A stretch of DNA of 64,000 nt from an uncultured delta proteobacterium (GCA_963789835.1 CAWBMF010000006.1:73491-137490); one strand, 5' to 3'; numbered from the stretch's first letter, positions 7,849 through 17,772 are shown. Numbers and translations are program-made. Notes: generated by a model not told the origin, from the letters alone.

Positions 7849-9727
7849 ATGAACTACGACGTCATCATCGTCGGCGCCGGCCACGCCGGAATCGAAGCCG
7901 CGCTCGCCTCGGCCCGGATGGGCGCGAGCACGCTGATGCTCACGCTCAACCTCGATCACATCGGCCAGATGTCCTGCAACCCTGCCATCGGCGGTATCGG
8001 CAAGGGCCACCTGGTCCGCGAGATCGACGCCCTCGGCGGCGAGATGGGCCTGGCGGCCGACGAGACCGGAATCCAGTTTCGATTTCTGAACACGCGCAAA
8101 GGGCCTGCCGTTCGCGCCCGCCGCGCGCAGGCCGACAAGGCCGCGTATCGCAGCGCGCAGCAAGCGCGTGCTCGAGCGCACCGCCAACTTGCAGGTGCGT
8201 CAGGCGAGCGTCGAGCGCCTGATCGTCGAGGACGGTGTCGTGCGCGGCGTCGAGTCGCAGATAGGCGAGGTCTTCGAAGCGCCGACCGTCATCCTCACGA
8301 CCGGCACGTTCCTCAAGGGCCTCGTCCATATCGGGATGAAGAATTATTCGGCGGGCCGCGCGGGCGACTTCGCCGCGATGGGTCTCAGCGAGCATCTGGC
8401 GGAGTTGGGCTTTCGCATCGGGCGGCTCAAGACGGGCACCTGCCCGCGACTGGACGGACGCACGATCGACTACTCGGCGTTGGAGATCCAGCCGGGCGAC
8501 GAGCCGCCGCCGCCGTTCTCGTTCCGCACGGCGCGAATCACGCAGGACCAGATTCCCTGCCACCTGACCTTCACCAACTCGCGCACTCACGAGATAATCC
8601 GCGGCGGTATCGACCGCTCGCCGATGTACTCGGGCGTTATCCAGAGCAAGGGTCCGCGCTACTGTCCGTCGGTCGAGGACAAGGTGATGCGCTTTCGGGA
8701 CAAGGAGCGCCACCAGATTTTCCTCGAGCCCGAGGGCCGCGACACCGTCGAGGTTTATCCCAACGGCCTGTCGACCAGCCTGCCGCTCGACGTGCAGCTC
8801 GCGATGGTGCGCTCGATCGCCGGCCTCGAGCGCGCCGAGATAATGCGGCCCGGCTACGCGATCGAGTATGATTTCTCGGACCCGACCCAGTTGACCTCGT
8901 CGCTCGAGACCAAGCTGGTGCGCGGGCTGTTCTTCGCCGGTCAGATCAACGGGACCACCGGCTATGAAGAGGCGGGCGCGCAGGGCCTGATCGCGGGAAT
9001 CAACGCGGCGCTCAAGGTCCGCGGCGAGCCGGCGCTGATCCTGCGGCGCGACCAGGCTTATATCGGCGTGATGATCGACGACCTGGTGACGCGCGGTATC
9101 GGCGGCGAGCCGTACCGGATGTTCACCTCGCGGGCCGAGTACCGGCTGCTGCTGCGCGAGGACAATGCGGACCGGCGGCTGTCGCCGATTGGCGAGCGGC
9201 TGGGACTGCTCGACGCGTCGGCGGGCGCGCGCGTCCGCGCCAAGACGGAAGCCGTCCGCGGCGAGATCGAACGGCTCAAGGCGGCGCTGATACCGGCGTC
9301 CGCCGAGGTCAACGCGGCGCTCGCGGCGCATGGCTCGACGCCGATTGCGCAGCCGGTGCGCGCAATCGAGCTGCTCAAGCGGCCCGAGGTCGGCTACGAC
9401 GCGCTGATGAAGATGAGCGGCGCGGAGACCACGCTGAACCTCGACGAGGCGGCCGAGCTCGAGACCGAAATCAAATACGAGGGCTACGTGCGGCGGCAGG
9501 CGGACGCGGTCGAGCGGTTCGCGCGCCTCGAGGACACGACGATACCGGACTGGGTCGATTTCAAGGGCGTGATGGGCCTCTCGACCGAGGTCTGCGAGCG
9601 GCTATCTGCCGTGCGGCCGCGGTCGCTGGGGCAGGCGGCGCGGATGCCGGGAATCACGCCGGCGGCAATCTCAATCCTGGCGGTCCATATCAAGAGCCGG
9701 CGTGAGCGCAACGCCCGCGCGATTTGA
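7849..9727 (+). CDS. mnmG: tRNA uridine 5-carboxymethylaminomethyl modification enzyme MnmG/GidA (apparent frameshift near 8155-8160)
   Basis: [25 protein letters not shown]...[23 protein letters not shown] lies in the frame of 7849. The rest ([45 protein letters not shown]) lies in track ORF 8168..9727. The junction YRSAQ|[10 protein letters not shown] implies one extra base. Confidence 0.92.
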
Positions 9728-9749
9728 GCTGATTCTGCTCCGACCCCGA

Positions 9750-9765
9750 TGTTTCACGTGAAACA
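9750..9765. promoter_or_regulatory. parS: parS centromere site 1
   Basis: TGTTTCACGTGAAACA, a perfect match to the palindromic parS consensus, embedded in the 18-bp palindrome ATGTTTCACGTGAAACAT. Intergenic between mnmG and rsmG. Confidence 0.9.
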
Positions 9766-9815
9766 TTTTTCGAAATAATCCAGCAAATTCAATATCTATT
9801 TCGACTCAACACGGA

Positions 9816-9831
9816 CGTTTCACGTGAAACA
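9816..9831. promoter_or_regulatory. parS: parS centromere site 2 (one mismatch)
   Basis: CGTTTCACGTGAAACA, 15/16 to the perfect palindrome. It overlaps the first GTG (9824) of the rsmG ORF. Confidence 0.8.
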
Positions 9832-10562
9832 TCAGGTCAAAGCGCCGCCCAAAAAACCGAAGAAAAAGAAGGCGGCGACGCCCGACGATATTGCGGCCGA
9901 GGTGCGGGCTCAGCTCGCACCGGCGATTGCTCCGCTCGGCGTCGTCGGCAATACGGTTCAGTTCCTGAATCGGATGGAGCGGATGGCGGCGACGCTGGCC
10001 GTGTGGGGGCCGAAGATCAATCTGACGGCGAATCCGCGCGACCCCGCCGAAATCGTGTTCCACGTCTTCGACAGTATTATCCCAATCTCGATTTCCGCCA
10101 GCGCGAGGATCATCCGGCTCGACCGGGTCCATCGCATTCTCGATATCGGCAGCGGCGCCGGCTTCCCGGGGCTGGTGATCGCGGCGGCGCTCAACGGGAG
10201 CGTCACGCTGGTCGAGGCGCGGCGCAAACGCGCGACCTATCTGAGCGAGGCCGCGATCGAGATGGGACTGCAGAACGTCCTCGTCGAATGCGCGCGCGCC
10301 GAGTCGCTCGACCTCCGCGACAGCTTCGACCTGGTGACGGCGCGGGCGGTTGGAAATCCCGCCGGGATTTTCGAAATAGCCGGCAGGGTCCTGCATCGCG
10401 AGGGCGTGCTGATGATCTACGCGAGCGCCGATCAGAAGTTCGACGATGAGGCGGCCGCCGCGGCCGGCGTCGGGACTCGTCGATGCGTCCGTTGCCGGCT
10501 ACGACTTGCGCCATGGCAAACAGGTGATGCGGCGCGCCGTCGCCACCTGGACTCGCCGCTAG
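9824..10562 (+). CDS. rsmG: 16S rRNA (guanine527-N7)-methyltransferase RsmG/GidB (apparent frameshift near 10455-10472; start uncertain)
   Basis: INLTANPRDPAEIVFHVFDSI, ILDIGSGAGFPGLVIAAAL (SAM motif), VTLVEARRKRATYL. After ...DDEAAAAA the listed frame turns into Arg/Cys junk. The other frame gives ASGLVDASVAGYDLRHGKQVMRRAVATWTRR* (stop 10560..10562). GTG 9824 lies inside parS-2, and GTG 9902 is an alternative start. Confidence 0.85.
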
Positions 10563-10588
10563 AACGCTTCGCCGTAGTTCAGCAGGAA

Positions 10589-10604
10589 TGTTTCACGTGA
10601 AACA
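10589..10604. promoter_or_regulatory. parS: parS centromere site 3
   Basis: TGTTTCACGTGAAACA inside ATGTTTCACGTGAAACAT (18-bp perfect palindrome). Intergenic between rsmG and parA. Confidence 0.9.
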
Positions 10605-10705
10605 TTGCTGCTCGAAAAGCTCAACAATACAAGTACTTGCGCGAATGTGATCGCGCGATTTGATCTTTTCCAACCGCGAGGCATTTAATGATCGCCGAGC
10701 CCGCA

Positions 10706-10721
10706 TGTTTCACGTGAAACG
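10706..10721. promoter_or_regulatory. parS: parS centromere site 4 (one mismatch)
   Basis: TGTTTCACGTGAAACG, 15/16, about 20 nt upstream of the parA start. Confidence 0.8.
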
Positions 10722-10742
10722 TTCCGCTGCGGCTCAGTCGAG

Positions 10743-11540
10743 GTGGTGGTTGTCGTGGGGCGGGTAATCGCAATAGCCAATCAGAAAGGCGGCGTCGGCA
10801 AGACTACAACCGCAGTTAATCTGGCGGTCGCGCTGGCCGATACCGGGCGGCGCGTGCTGCTGGTCGACCTCGACCCCCAGGGCAACGCCACCTCCGGTAT
10901 CAGCACGCCGGAAGACGTCGCCGCCGCGCGCGGCGAGGGCAAGACTATCTACCAGGCGCTGGTCGGCGGCCTCCCGATCGCTGAAATCCTTCGCCAGGTG
11001 CGGCCGATGCTGTCGCTGGCGCCGGCGGGCGACGATCTGGTCGGCGCCGAGATCGAGCTGGTGACGATGGAGGGCCGCGAACGACGCTTGCGTGCGCTCC
11101 TAGAGCCAGTGCGGCAGGAATATAACTACGTTTTAATCGATACGCCGCCGTCGCTCGGCATCCTTACGTTGAACGCGCTCGTCGCCGCAGACTCGGTGCT
11201 GGTGCCGATGCAATGCGAGTACTACGCGCTCGAAGGTCTGAGCGCTCTCCTCGGTACGATCAACAAGGTTAAGGCGGCGCTGCGGCCCACACTCGAACTC
11301 GAAGGCCTGGTGCTCACGATGTTCGACTCGCGAAATCGACTGAGCCACGAAATCTCAGACGAGGTCAGAAAGCATTTCCCGGAAAAAGTTTTTCGCAGCG
11401 TGATCCCGCGCAGCGTGCGGATGTCGGAGAGCCCGAGCCATGGATTGTCGGTGCTGGAATACGGGCCGAAGTCGGCAGGAGCGGAAGGCTATCGCGCGCT
11501 GGCGGCGGAGATCGTCGCGCGGGGGGAGGAGCGGGCGTGA
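10743..11540 (+). CDS. parA: chromosome partitioning ATPase ParA/Soj
   Basis: IAIANQKGGVGKTTTAVNLA (deviant Walker A), LLVDLDPQGNAT, VLIDTPPSLG. Possible starts in the GTG run 10743/10746/10755. Followed by parB. Confidence 0.92.
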   Translation: MVVVVGRVIAIANQKGGVGKTTTAVNLAVALADTGRRVLLVDLDPQGNATSGISTPEDVAAARGEGKTIYQALVGGLPIAEILRQVRPMLSLAPAGDDLVGAEIELVTMEGRERRLRALLEPVRQEYNYVLIDTPPSLGILTLNALVAADSVLVPMQCEYYALEGLSALLGTINKVKAALRPTLELEGLVLTMFDSRNRLSHEISDEVRKHFPEKVFRSVIPRSVRMSESPSHGLSVLEYGPKSAGAEGYRALAAEIVARGEERA

Positions 11541-11565
11541 TGGGGGAAGACAAAATCACATTTCC

Positions 11566-11666
11566 GTGGAACCCGCGGTGGGTTCCACACCTCCTTCGGC
11601 AGGGGTGACCCCTGCACCCGGTATCCAGAGAAGGAAATCGCGAAATGTTGCGGACAACATTTCGCT
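11566..11666 (+). repeat. REP-A copy 6 (H1-H2-H3')
   Basis: gtggaacccgcggtgggttccac ... ggcaggggtgacccctgcacc ... cgcgaaatgttgcggacaacatttcgc (alternative third hairpin). Fills the parA|parB spacer. Confidence 0.9.
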
Positions 11667-11686
11667 CACTGTGAGGATGAAAGAGC

Positions 11687-12604
11687 ATGATTCGGAAACC
11701 GTTGGGGCGCGGGCTTGATGCGCTGATTGGGAATGCGGCGTCGCCTATCGAGGCTGTCGCTGGCGCCGAAGATAGTGCCGGCGGGCAATTCAGAATGGCG
11801 CCCGTCGGGAGTATCACGCCTGGCGCGTTTCAGCCGAGGATTAATTTCGACAAGGAGCGGCTCGCCGAACTGACGCTCGCGATCCAGAGCCAGGGGATTA
11901 TCGAGCCGCTGATCGTGCGGCGAATCGACGCGCCCGAAAACGACGGGCCACGCTACGAGCTGATCGCGGGCGAGCGGCGACTCCGCGCGGCGCGTGCTGC
12001 CGGTCTCGAGACCGTTCCAGTCGTCGTGCGCGAGCTCGACGATCGCGCGGCGCTGGAAATGTCGCTGGTCGAGAATATCGTGCGCGAGAATCTCAACGCG
12101 GTCGAAGAAGGACTCGCGTTTTTTCGCCTGGTCGACCATTTCGGACTCACCCACGACCAGGTTGCCGCGCGCGTCGGCAAAAGCCGCTCCTACGTCAGCA
12201 ACTCGATTCGATTGCTCGAGCTGCCGCAGGAAATCCTCAATATGATCGCGAAGGGGCAGCTCAACGCGGGACAGGCGCGGCCGCTCCTCTCGATCGCCTC
12301 GGTCGATGCGCAACTGTCTGCAGCGCGGCGAATCGCGGCGGTCGGAATCTCAGCGCGCGGCGCCGAAGAAATCGCGACCGCGTCGCGTCCCCGCACGAAG
12401 ACCACTGCCGCCCGCTCGGCAGGCGATGCGAATCTGAACGCACTCGCCGAAGGCCTGCAGCGCGCGCTCAAGCGCAAGGTCAGAATTTTCAAGCGCCGCG
12501 GTCGAAGTCCCGGGAGGATCGAGATCGATTACTACGACGATAACGATTTGACAGCGGTGGCGGAGATACTATTGGGCAATGCGCGCGCTTCGATGCGGGC
12601 GTGA
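11687..12604 (+). CDS. parB: chromosome partitioning protein ParB/Spo0J
   Basis: MIRKPLGRGLDALI, GIIEPLIVRR, ELIAGERRLRAARAAG (ParB box), HTH region THDQVAARVGKSRSYVSNSIRLLEL. Confidence 0.95.
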   Translation: MIRKPLGRGLDALIGNAASPIEAVAGAEDSAGGQFRMAPVGSITPGAFQPRINFDKERLAELTLAIQSQGIIEPLIVRRIDAPENDGPRYELIAGERRLRAARAAGLETVPVVVRELDDRAALEMSLVENIVRENLNAVEEGLAFFRLVDHFGLTHDQVAARVGKSRSYVSNSIRLLELPQEILNMIAKGQLNAGQARPLLSIASVDAQLSAARRIAAVGISARGAEEIATASRPRTKTTAARSAGDANLNALAEGLQRALKRKVRIFKRRGRSPGRIEIDYYDDNDLTAVAEILLGNARASMRA

Positions 12605-12623
12605 TGAAATCACGTCATTTAAT

Positions 12624-12718
12624 GTGGAACCCGCGGTGGGTTCCACACCTCCTTCGGCAGGGGTGACCCCTGCACCCGGGGTTAAGAGAATCGCGAAATG
12701 TTGCGGACAACATTTCGC
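12624..12718 (+). repeat. REP-A copy 7 (H1-H2-H3')
   Basis: Same three hairpins as copy 6, immediately after the parB stop. Confidence 0.9.
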
Positions 12719-12741
12719 TCGGGGTTTTTTGGGCGACGGAG

Positions 12742-13107
12742 ATGATCGTTCATATCGTCGAGCGGAGTGAGTGGGTTAAGGCCGTTGGGCGCGGGAGTTA
12801 TGCGCCTCCTAGTTTGGCGGCGGAGGGGTTTGTTCATTGCTCGACTTTGGCGCAGGTGATCGCAACTGCGAACAGGTTTTATCGCGGGAAGAAGGGGTTG
12901 GTGGTGTTGTGTATTGAGGAGGAGCGGCTGCGGGTGGAGATGAGGTATGAAGCTTCGACGGGGGCGCGGGGCGAAGGGGCGGGTGAGCTGTTTCCGCATT
13001 TGTACGGCGAGTTGAATGTCGATGCGGTGGTTCAGGTGGTCGAGTTGCCGTGTGAGGCGGATGGATCGTTTCGATTGCCTGAGGGGTTGAGAAGACTCGG
13101 CGTCTAG
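12742..13107 (+). CDS. DUF952 family protein
   Basis: MIVHIVERSEWVKA...SLAAEGFVHCSTLAQV...LVVLCIEEERL...LFPHLYGELNVDAV matches the DUF952 pattern (W, EGFIHCS, FPHIYG). Confidence 0.75.
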   Translation: MIVHIVERSEWVKAVGRGSYAPPSLAAEGFVHCSTLAQVIATANRFYRGKKGLVVLCIEEERLRVEMRYEASTGARGEGAGELFPHLYGELNVDAVVQVVELPCEADGSFRLPEGLRRLGV

Positions 13108-13130
13108 GTTGAGGTGCAGAGATTTCAAGT

Positions 13131-14172
13131 ATGAGAAATAAGTTTGGCTTGCTCGGCGTTTCGATTTTTGTTGTCGCGCTTTTGGCTGGTGTGGTGTTGG
13201 CGGCGGATGCGGTGCCTCCGGCTTATAAGCTGACTGCCACCTTCAAGGTTGGCGGCGATGGGGGATGGGACCTTGCCACGCTCGGGCCTGATGGTCGCGT
13301 GCTCTATGTCACTCGCGGCACGCATACGATGGCGGTGGATGTCGCGACCGGGAAAATAGTCGCGGATATTGGGCCGCAGCAGAGATCGCATGGCGTGGCG
13401 CTGGTGCCGGAGGTGAAGCGCGGATTTATCAGCGACGGCGGCGCCGGGACGGTGCAGATTTTCGATATGAAGACTCATGCGATCCTGGGCAGTGTCCCGG
13501 CCGCGCCCGATGCTGACAGTATTATCTATGACCGCGCCAGCAATCGGGTGCTCGTGATGTGTGGCGATGCGCATCGAGCTGGTCGCCTTCGCGCCCGACG
13601 TGAATCCGTCAGGCGGCAAGGCGGCGGCGACTGTTGACCTGGACGGCTCGCCGGAGTTTGCGGTCGCGGATGGGAAGGGCAAGGTGTTCGTCAATATCGC
13701 GGACAAGGACGAGGTCGCGGTGGTCGATACGCGCGCGATGAAGGTGGTCGCGCGCTGGCCGACGGCGCCGGGCGCGCGGCCGACGGGGATATCGATGGAT
13801 CGCGCGACGCGGCGCCTGTTTATCGGATGCCGCAATCAGAAGCTAATCGTGATGGACGCTGACAGCGGGAAGGTCGTCGCGGATTTTCCGATCGGCGCAT
13901 TCGTGGACGCGACGGCGTTTCGCGACGGCCTCGTGTTCGCGAGTTGCGGCGACGGCACCTTGACGATTATCCGCGAAGTGTCGGCGGACAAATTCGAGCT
14001 GGCGCAGGTGGTGAAGACCGAGTTGGGCGCGCGGACAATGGCGGTCGCGTCGACCGGCGCAATGGTTTATCTGCCGACGGCGGATTTGAAGTTCGCGCCC
14101 GGATCGACGCCGGCGCATCCGCGGCCGCTGCCAGTCCCCGGGACGTTTCGGATATTGGTGGTGACGCAGTAG
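13131..14172 (+). CDS. YncE-like beta-propeller (YVTN repeat) secreted protein (apparent frameshift near 13555-13575)
   Basis: Signal peptide MRNKFGLLGVSIFVVALLAGVVLA. Repeats of the type GRVLYVTRGTHTMAVDVATGKIV, GTVQIFDMKTH, KVFVNIADKDEVAVVDTRAMKVV, RLFIGCRNQKLIVMDADSGKVV. Split between overlapping track ORFs 13131..13637 and 13561..14172. Confidence 0.7.
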
Positions 14173-14213
14173 GGGAGGAATTCGCGACGCGGGGCTGCGC
14201 GCCCCGCACCCGC

Positions 14214-14284
14214 GGCAGGGGTGACCCCTGCACCCGGTATCAAGCGCAAAGTTGTGCGCAGCGCACTACTTTGCTCTCGGTCAG
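14214..14284 (+). repeat. REP-A copy 8 (H2-H3; H1 replaced by another GC hairpin)
   Basis: ggcaggggtgacccctgcacccggtatcaagcgcaaagttgtgcgcagcgcactactttgctctcggtcag, preceded by gcggggctgcgcgccccgc. Confidence 0.85.
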
Positions 14285-14460
14285 TTACAGATCCGGTTTC
14301 CACTTCCAATTATTCGAATGGGTTGGAGGCATCTAAAATTCCGGCAGCGAGGCGGAATCTTGAGTCGCGCGCGTAGCGCGGACTCCGGTCTGAATGACAC
14401 AAAGACCGGGGAAGGAGACAGAGGACGCGCGCCGTTGGCATCGAGCATGAGCCGCAGAAC

Positions 14461-14503
14461 CCTCACCTAACCTCTCCCGTGAAATAACGGGCGAGGGATT
14501 AGA
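14461..14503 (-). repeat. REP-B copy (variant)
   Basis: cctcacctaacctctcccgtgaaataacgggcgagggattag: hairpin CCTCTCCCG/CGGGCGAGG plus CCTCACCTAA tail. Confidence 0.65.
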
Positions 14504-14570
14504 AGCTTCGCGGACTCGCGCTTAAAACTGCCAGACAGGGACGAAGTCCTGCATCTTTTTCTTATCACTG

Positions 14571-14617
14571 GGTGCAGGGGTCACCCCTGCCGCGGGGGCG
14601 GGGCGCGCAGCCCCCGC
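14571..14617 (-). repeat. REP-A copy 9 (H2 + GC hairpin)
   Basis: ggtgcaggggtcacccctgcc then gcgggggcggggcgcgcagcccccgc. Inverted relative to copy 8. Confidence 0.8.
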
Positions 14618-14622
14618 GTCTT

Positions 14623-15204
14623 CTACGCGACGATGCGGTCGGAGAAGCCGGCTACGTCGTAGGTCATTATCAGGAGATCGCGGGAGCGGCCGCGGCGGTC
14701 TTCGACCCAATCGGACAGGACTGCTTCGACCTGGAAGCCGAGGTGCTCGAAGGCGGCGCGGGCGGAGGTTTGCTCCGTCGTCATCTGGGCGGTGATTTTC
14801 TTGAGGCCGAGCGAGCGTGCGAGATCGAATACTTCGGCGGCGAGGCGGCGGCCGAGGCCTGCGCCGCGGTAGCGCGACGACGTGATGATGCGGATTTCGC
14901 CGACCCGGCGGGTCCATCGCGCCTGTTCGAGGTGGACGCTGGCGTAGGCAGCCAGTTCGCCGTCGACTTCGGCGAGTAGCGTGATCGTGTGTCCGGCCCT
15001 GATGTTATCGACCCAGCTTTGGACGACGGCGCGGTCGGTGATGTCGGTGCGGAGGAAGAGCAGGTCGTCGACGGGAAGGTTGCGGGCGAAGTCGATTATC
15101 TTGTCGAGGTCATCGGGTTCCATGACGCGGATGACGGCGTTGTGTCCGTCGCGCAGTTTAAGCTGCATCGGATAGGGGCGATTGGTTTTTATCTGTTCGG
15201 ACAT
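14623..15204 (-). CDS. GNAT family N-acetyltransferase
   Basis: Inner ATG 15204 (MSEQIKTN) preceded by GGGGAG. Acetyl-CoA site SSRYRGAGLGRRLAAEVFDLARSLG (R/Q-x-x-G-x-G/A) and ...AAFEHLGFQ. Confidence 0.85.
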   Translation of the reverse strand: MSEQIKTNRPYPMQLKLRDGHNAVIRVMEPDDLDKIIDFARNLPVDDLLFLRTDITDRAVVQSWVDNIRAGHTITLLAEVDGELAAYASVHLEQARWTRRVGEIRIITSSRYRGAGLGRRLAAEVFDLARSLGLKKITAQMTTEQTSARAAFEHLGFQVEAVLSDWVEDRRGRSRDLLIMTYDVAGFSDRIVA

Positions 15205-15469
15205 TGGATGCTCCCCGAGTACCTCGAACTGAACTACTATGCGCAAGCGCTGCTGACGAGATTGCTCGTAAAACAGTCGTAAGCCTTGCGCGGAACGTTA
15301 TCCTTGATCAGAGCGGACGATCCGGCAAGCGCAGCAGCAAGAAAATACTGCTTGCGCTTTGGTGAGGATGGCTGCCAAACTTCGATGACCGCGGCACTGT
15401 CATTTCCAGGATTTTCTCGGCTGGACTCGGGCACTAGCCAGGGGAAATCCGGCACGGAGGTGAATTCGA

Positions 15470-17015
15470 ATGGCCGAAAAATCCGCATTTCCATCGTCGT
15501 CCAGCTACCGGCTGTCCACCCAGGACGCGACGTTCATATATGGCGAATCGCAGAGCGGACCGCTGCATATCGGATCGATCGGACTGTTCGAAGGGCGGGT
15601 CGATTTCAACGGCCTGCTGGGGCACTTTGAGGAACGGATGCATCTGGTGCCGCGCTACCGGCAGCGGCTGATCGAAGTCCCGCTGAACCTGGCGCATGCG
15701 ATGATGGAGGACGACCCGGAGTTCGCGATCGAAAACCATGTGCATCAGCATGAGCTGCCCGACGGGATGGGCGAAGGCGACGCGCTCGGCGAGATGATGC
15801 GGGTGTTTCAGAAACCGCTCGACCGCAAGCATCCGCTGTGGGCGCTGCACGTGTTCTACAACCTGGACGGGAATCGCACGGCGCTCATGTGGAAGGTGCA
15901 TCATTGCTTGGTCGACGGCGTGTCGGGGGTCGAGCTGCTGAAAGTGATGTACGACTTTCGCGCCGAGCCCGACGATATCCCGCAGCCGTCGGAGCCGTGG
16001 GTGGCGGCCAAGCCGTCGAGCCTGATACGGCGAATGGCGGATGCGCTGCGGAGTCAGATTCAAGGCGCGGTGAACGCGACGATCGACGCTGCGGTTGAGG
16101 CGATCGAGGATCCGGCGTCGGTGGCAGAGCGCGCGCGGCAGTTGGGCGAGGCGTCGCGAGTGATGACGGAGCTGGCGACGCGGCGAATCGTGCAGACGCC
16201 GTGGAATTCGACGCCGGTGACGCAGGACCGGCAGGTAGCATGGACGCGGCAGACGTTCGCGGACTTTCGCGCGATCAGGACGGCGTTCGGCGGCTCGGTC
16301 AACGATGTCGTACTGGCTATGTTGACCGAGGGTGCGGCGCGCTATCTCGAGCATCATGGGTACCCGGTCGAGGGACAGCAACTGTGTATCGGATGTCCGG
16401 TCAATGTGCGGCATCGCGACGAGCGGAGCTCGCTGGGGAATCGGGTTTCGATGATGTTCCCGACAGCGCCGGCGGCGCCGATGGATATCGTCGAGCGGCT
16501 GAAGTTGATTCATGAGGAGACTGAGCGAATCAAGGCTGCGGGGTCGGCGCAGGCTCTGGAAGCCATGATGGGGCTCGGCGACACGATTCCACCGAGTCTG
16601 ATCGGGCCGGCCTCGCGCGTGGCGACGACGATGCTGGACGTCGGGCGGACGGCTGGCGAAGTGGACCGACTGGAAGCCGCGGCCGGACGGCTTCGGGCTG
16701 CCGGCCTTCGGGATAAATTTTATCGCGACCAACGTGCCGGGCGTGCAGGTGCCGCAATATATTAACGGGCACGTATGTCTGGACATGGTACCGCTGGTGC
16801 CGCTCGGCGCGACGATGGGGTATGCAGTCGCAATACTCAGTTACTATAAGAGTTTATACTTCGGAATGATGGCGGACCCGCGCGTGATGCCCGACGTGGC
16901 GCTGATGAAGGCGTTCGTGGACGACGCCTTCGCGGAGCTGAAGCGTCGCTGCGTGGAGAAATCGATGGAGGCGTCTAGCGAGGAGCCGGAGCGGAAGAGC
17001 GCTAGCGGGGCGTAA
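15470..17015 (+). CDS. wax ester synthase/diacylglycerol acyltransferase family protein (apparent frameshift near 16630-16660)
   Basis: GGAGG SD. Catalytic HHCLVDGVSG (HHxxxDG). The C-terminal NFIATNVPGVQVPQYINGHVCLDMVPLVPL... continues in track ORF 16734..17015, whereas the listed tail of 15470..16765 is out of frame. Confidence 0.85.
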
Positions 17016-17057
17016 GAGAAGACACTTCATTTGTAAGAGAAGACATTCACATTTAAT

Positions 17058-17156
17058 GTGGAACCACGGTGGTTCCACACCTCCTCGGCAGGGGTGACCC
17101 CTGCACCCGGGGTAAAGAGAAAAGAGAATCGCGAAATGTCGCGGACGACATTTCGC
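17058..17156 (+). repeat. REP-A copy 10 (H1-H2-H3')
   Basis: gtggaaccacggtggttccac ... ggcaggggtgacccctgcacc ... cgcgaaatgtcgcggacgacatttcgc. Confidence 0.9.
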
Positions 17157-17183
17157 TCCGAAGGGGTGGGAAGAGACCGAGTT

Positions 17184-17217
17184 CCCCTTCCCGTGCGGGA
17201 AGGGGTTAGGGGTTAGG
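17184..17217 (+). repeat. REP-B copy (CCCCTTCCC-N4-GGGAAGGGG + TTAGGGGTTAGG)
   Basis: ccccttcccgtgcgggaaggggttaggggttagg. The tail overlaps the stop codon of the VOC gene. Confidence 0.8.
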
Positions 17218-17602
17218 TGCTTCCCGTGTACGTGGCTATCCACCAGGTGTTGCCGAAGGAGTCTTTAATGCCGGCGGCGCGTTCCTGGTAGGGCTTGTCT
17301 TCGGGGGCGGCGACGGAGGTTGCGCCGGCGGTTAGGGCGCGGGAGTAGGCGGCGTCGACGTCTTCGACGTACACATATATCGACGCGGGCTTGGCGCTGG
17401 GATGGGGCGGGTCGGCTACTTCCATCACGATTACCGAGTCGCCGATTTTCGCCTCGACGTGAAAGCCTTTGCCGGCTTCGAGGTGTTCCAGTTCGACTGC
17501 GCCGAAGGCGCGTCTGACCAGTTCCAGCATATCGAGGCGGCCGTAGAGGTAGGGGCGGACCGAGCCGACTCCGTGACGGATGTGCTTGGTGGCAGGATTC
17601 AT
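17213..17602 (-). CDS. VOC (glyoxalase/bleomycin-resistance fold) family protein
   Basis: 129 aa. VRPYLYG...FHVEAKIGDSVIVMEVADP...IYVYVEDVDAAYSRALTAGATSVAAPEDKPYQERAAGIKDSFGNTWWIA is typical of PhnB/VOC proteins. Confidence 0.75.
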   Translation of the reverse strand: MNPATKHIRHGVGSVRPYLYGRLDMLELVRRAFGAVELEHLEAGKGFHVEAKIGDSVIVMEVADPPHPSAKPASIYVYVEDVDAAYSRALTAGATSVAAPEDKPYQERAAGIKDSFGNTWWIATYTGST

Positions 17603-17772
17603 GGCTATTCTCTCCGGCGAAAGTGTTGTATCCGTATCAACCCGCGCATCGTCCTACTAGTTACGGTCTCGCTACCGCGGGGCTTGGCTTTAGTCCGGCG
17701 CGGTTCATATTCTAATGGCCGGTTGCCAAGGCTCGCAGCTTGAATCTACAATTAGTGTCGGGAGATTAACGA

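Noticed and set aside
7946-9331. 461-aa ORF antisense to mnmG. Similar long antisense ORFs occur at 15434..16786, 21632..23359, 23737..24621, 24856..26133, 27719..28906, 28729..30249 and 31483..32871.
   Set aside because: Their translations are Arg/Pro/Ala/His-rich with no motifs. Each lies exactly opposite a gene with strong family signatures. These are the shadow ORFs expected in GC-rich DNA.
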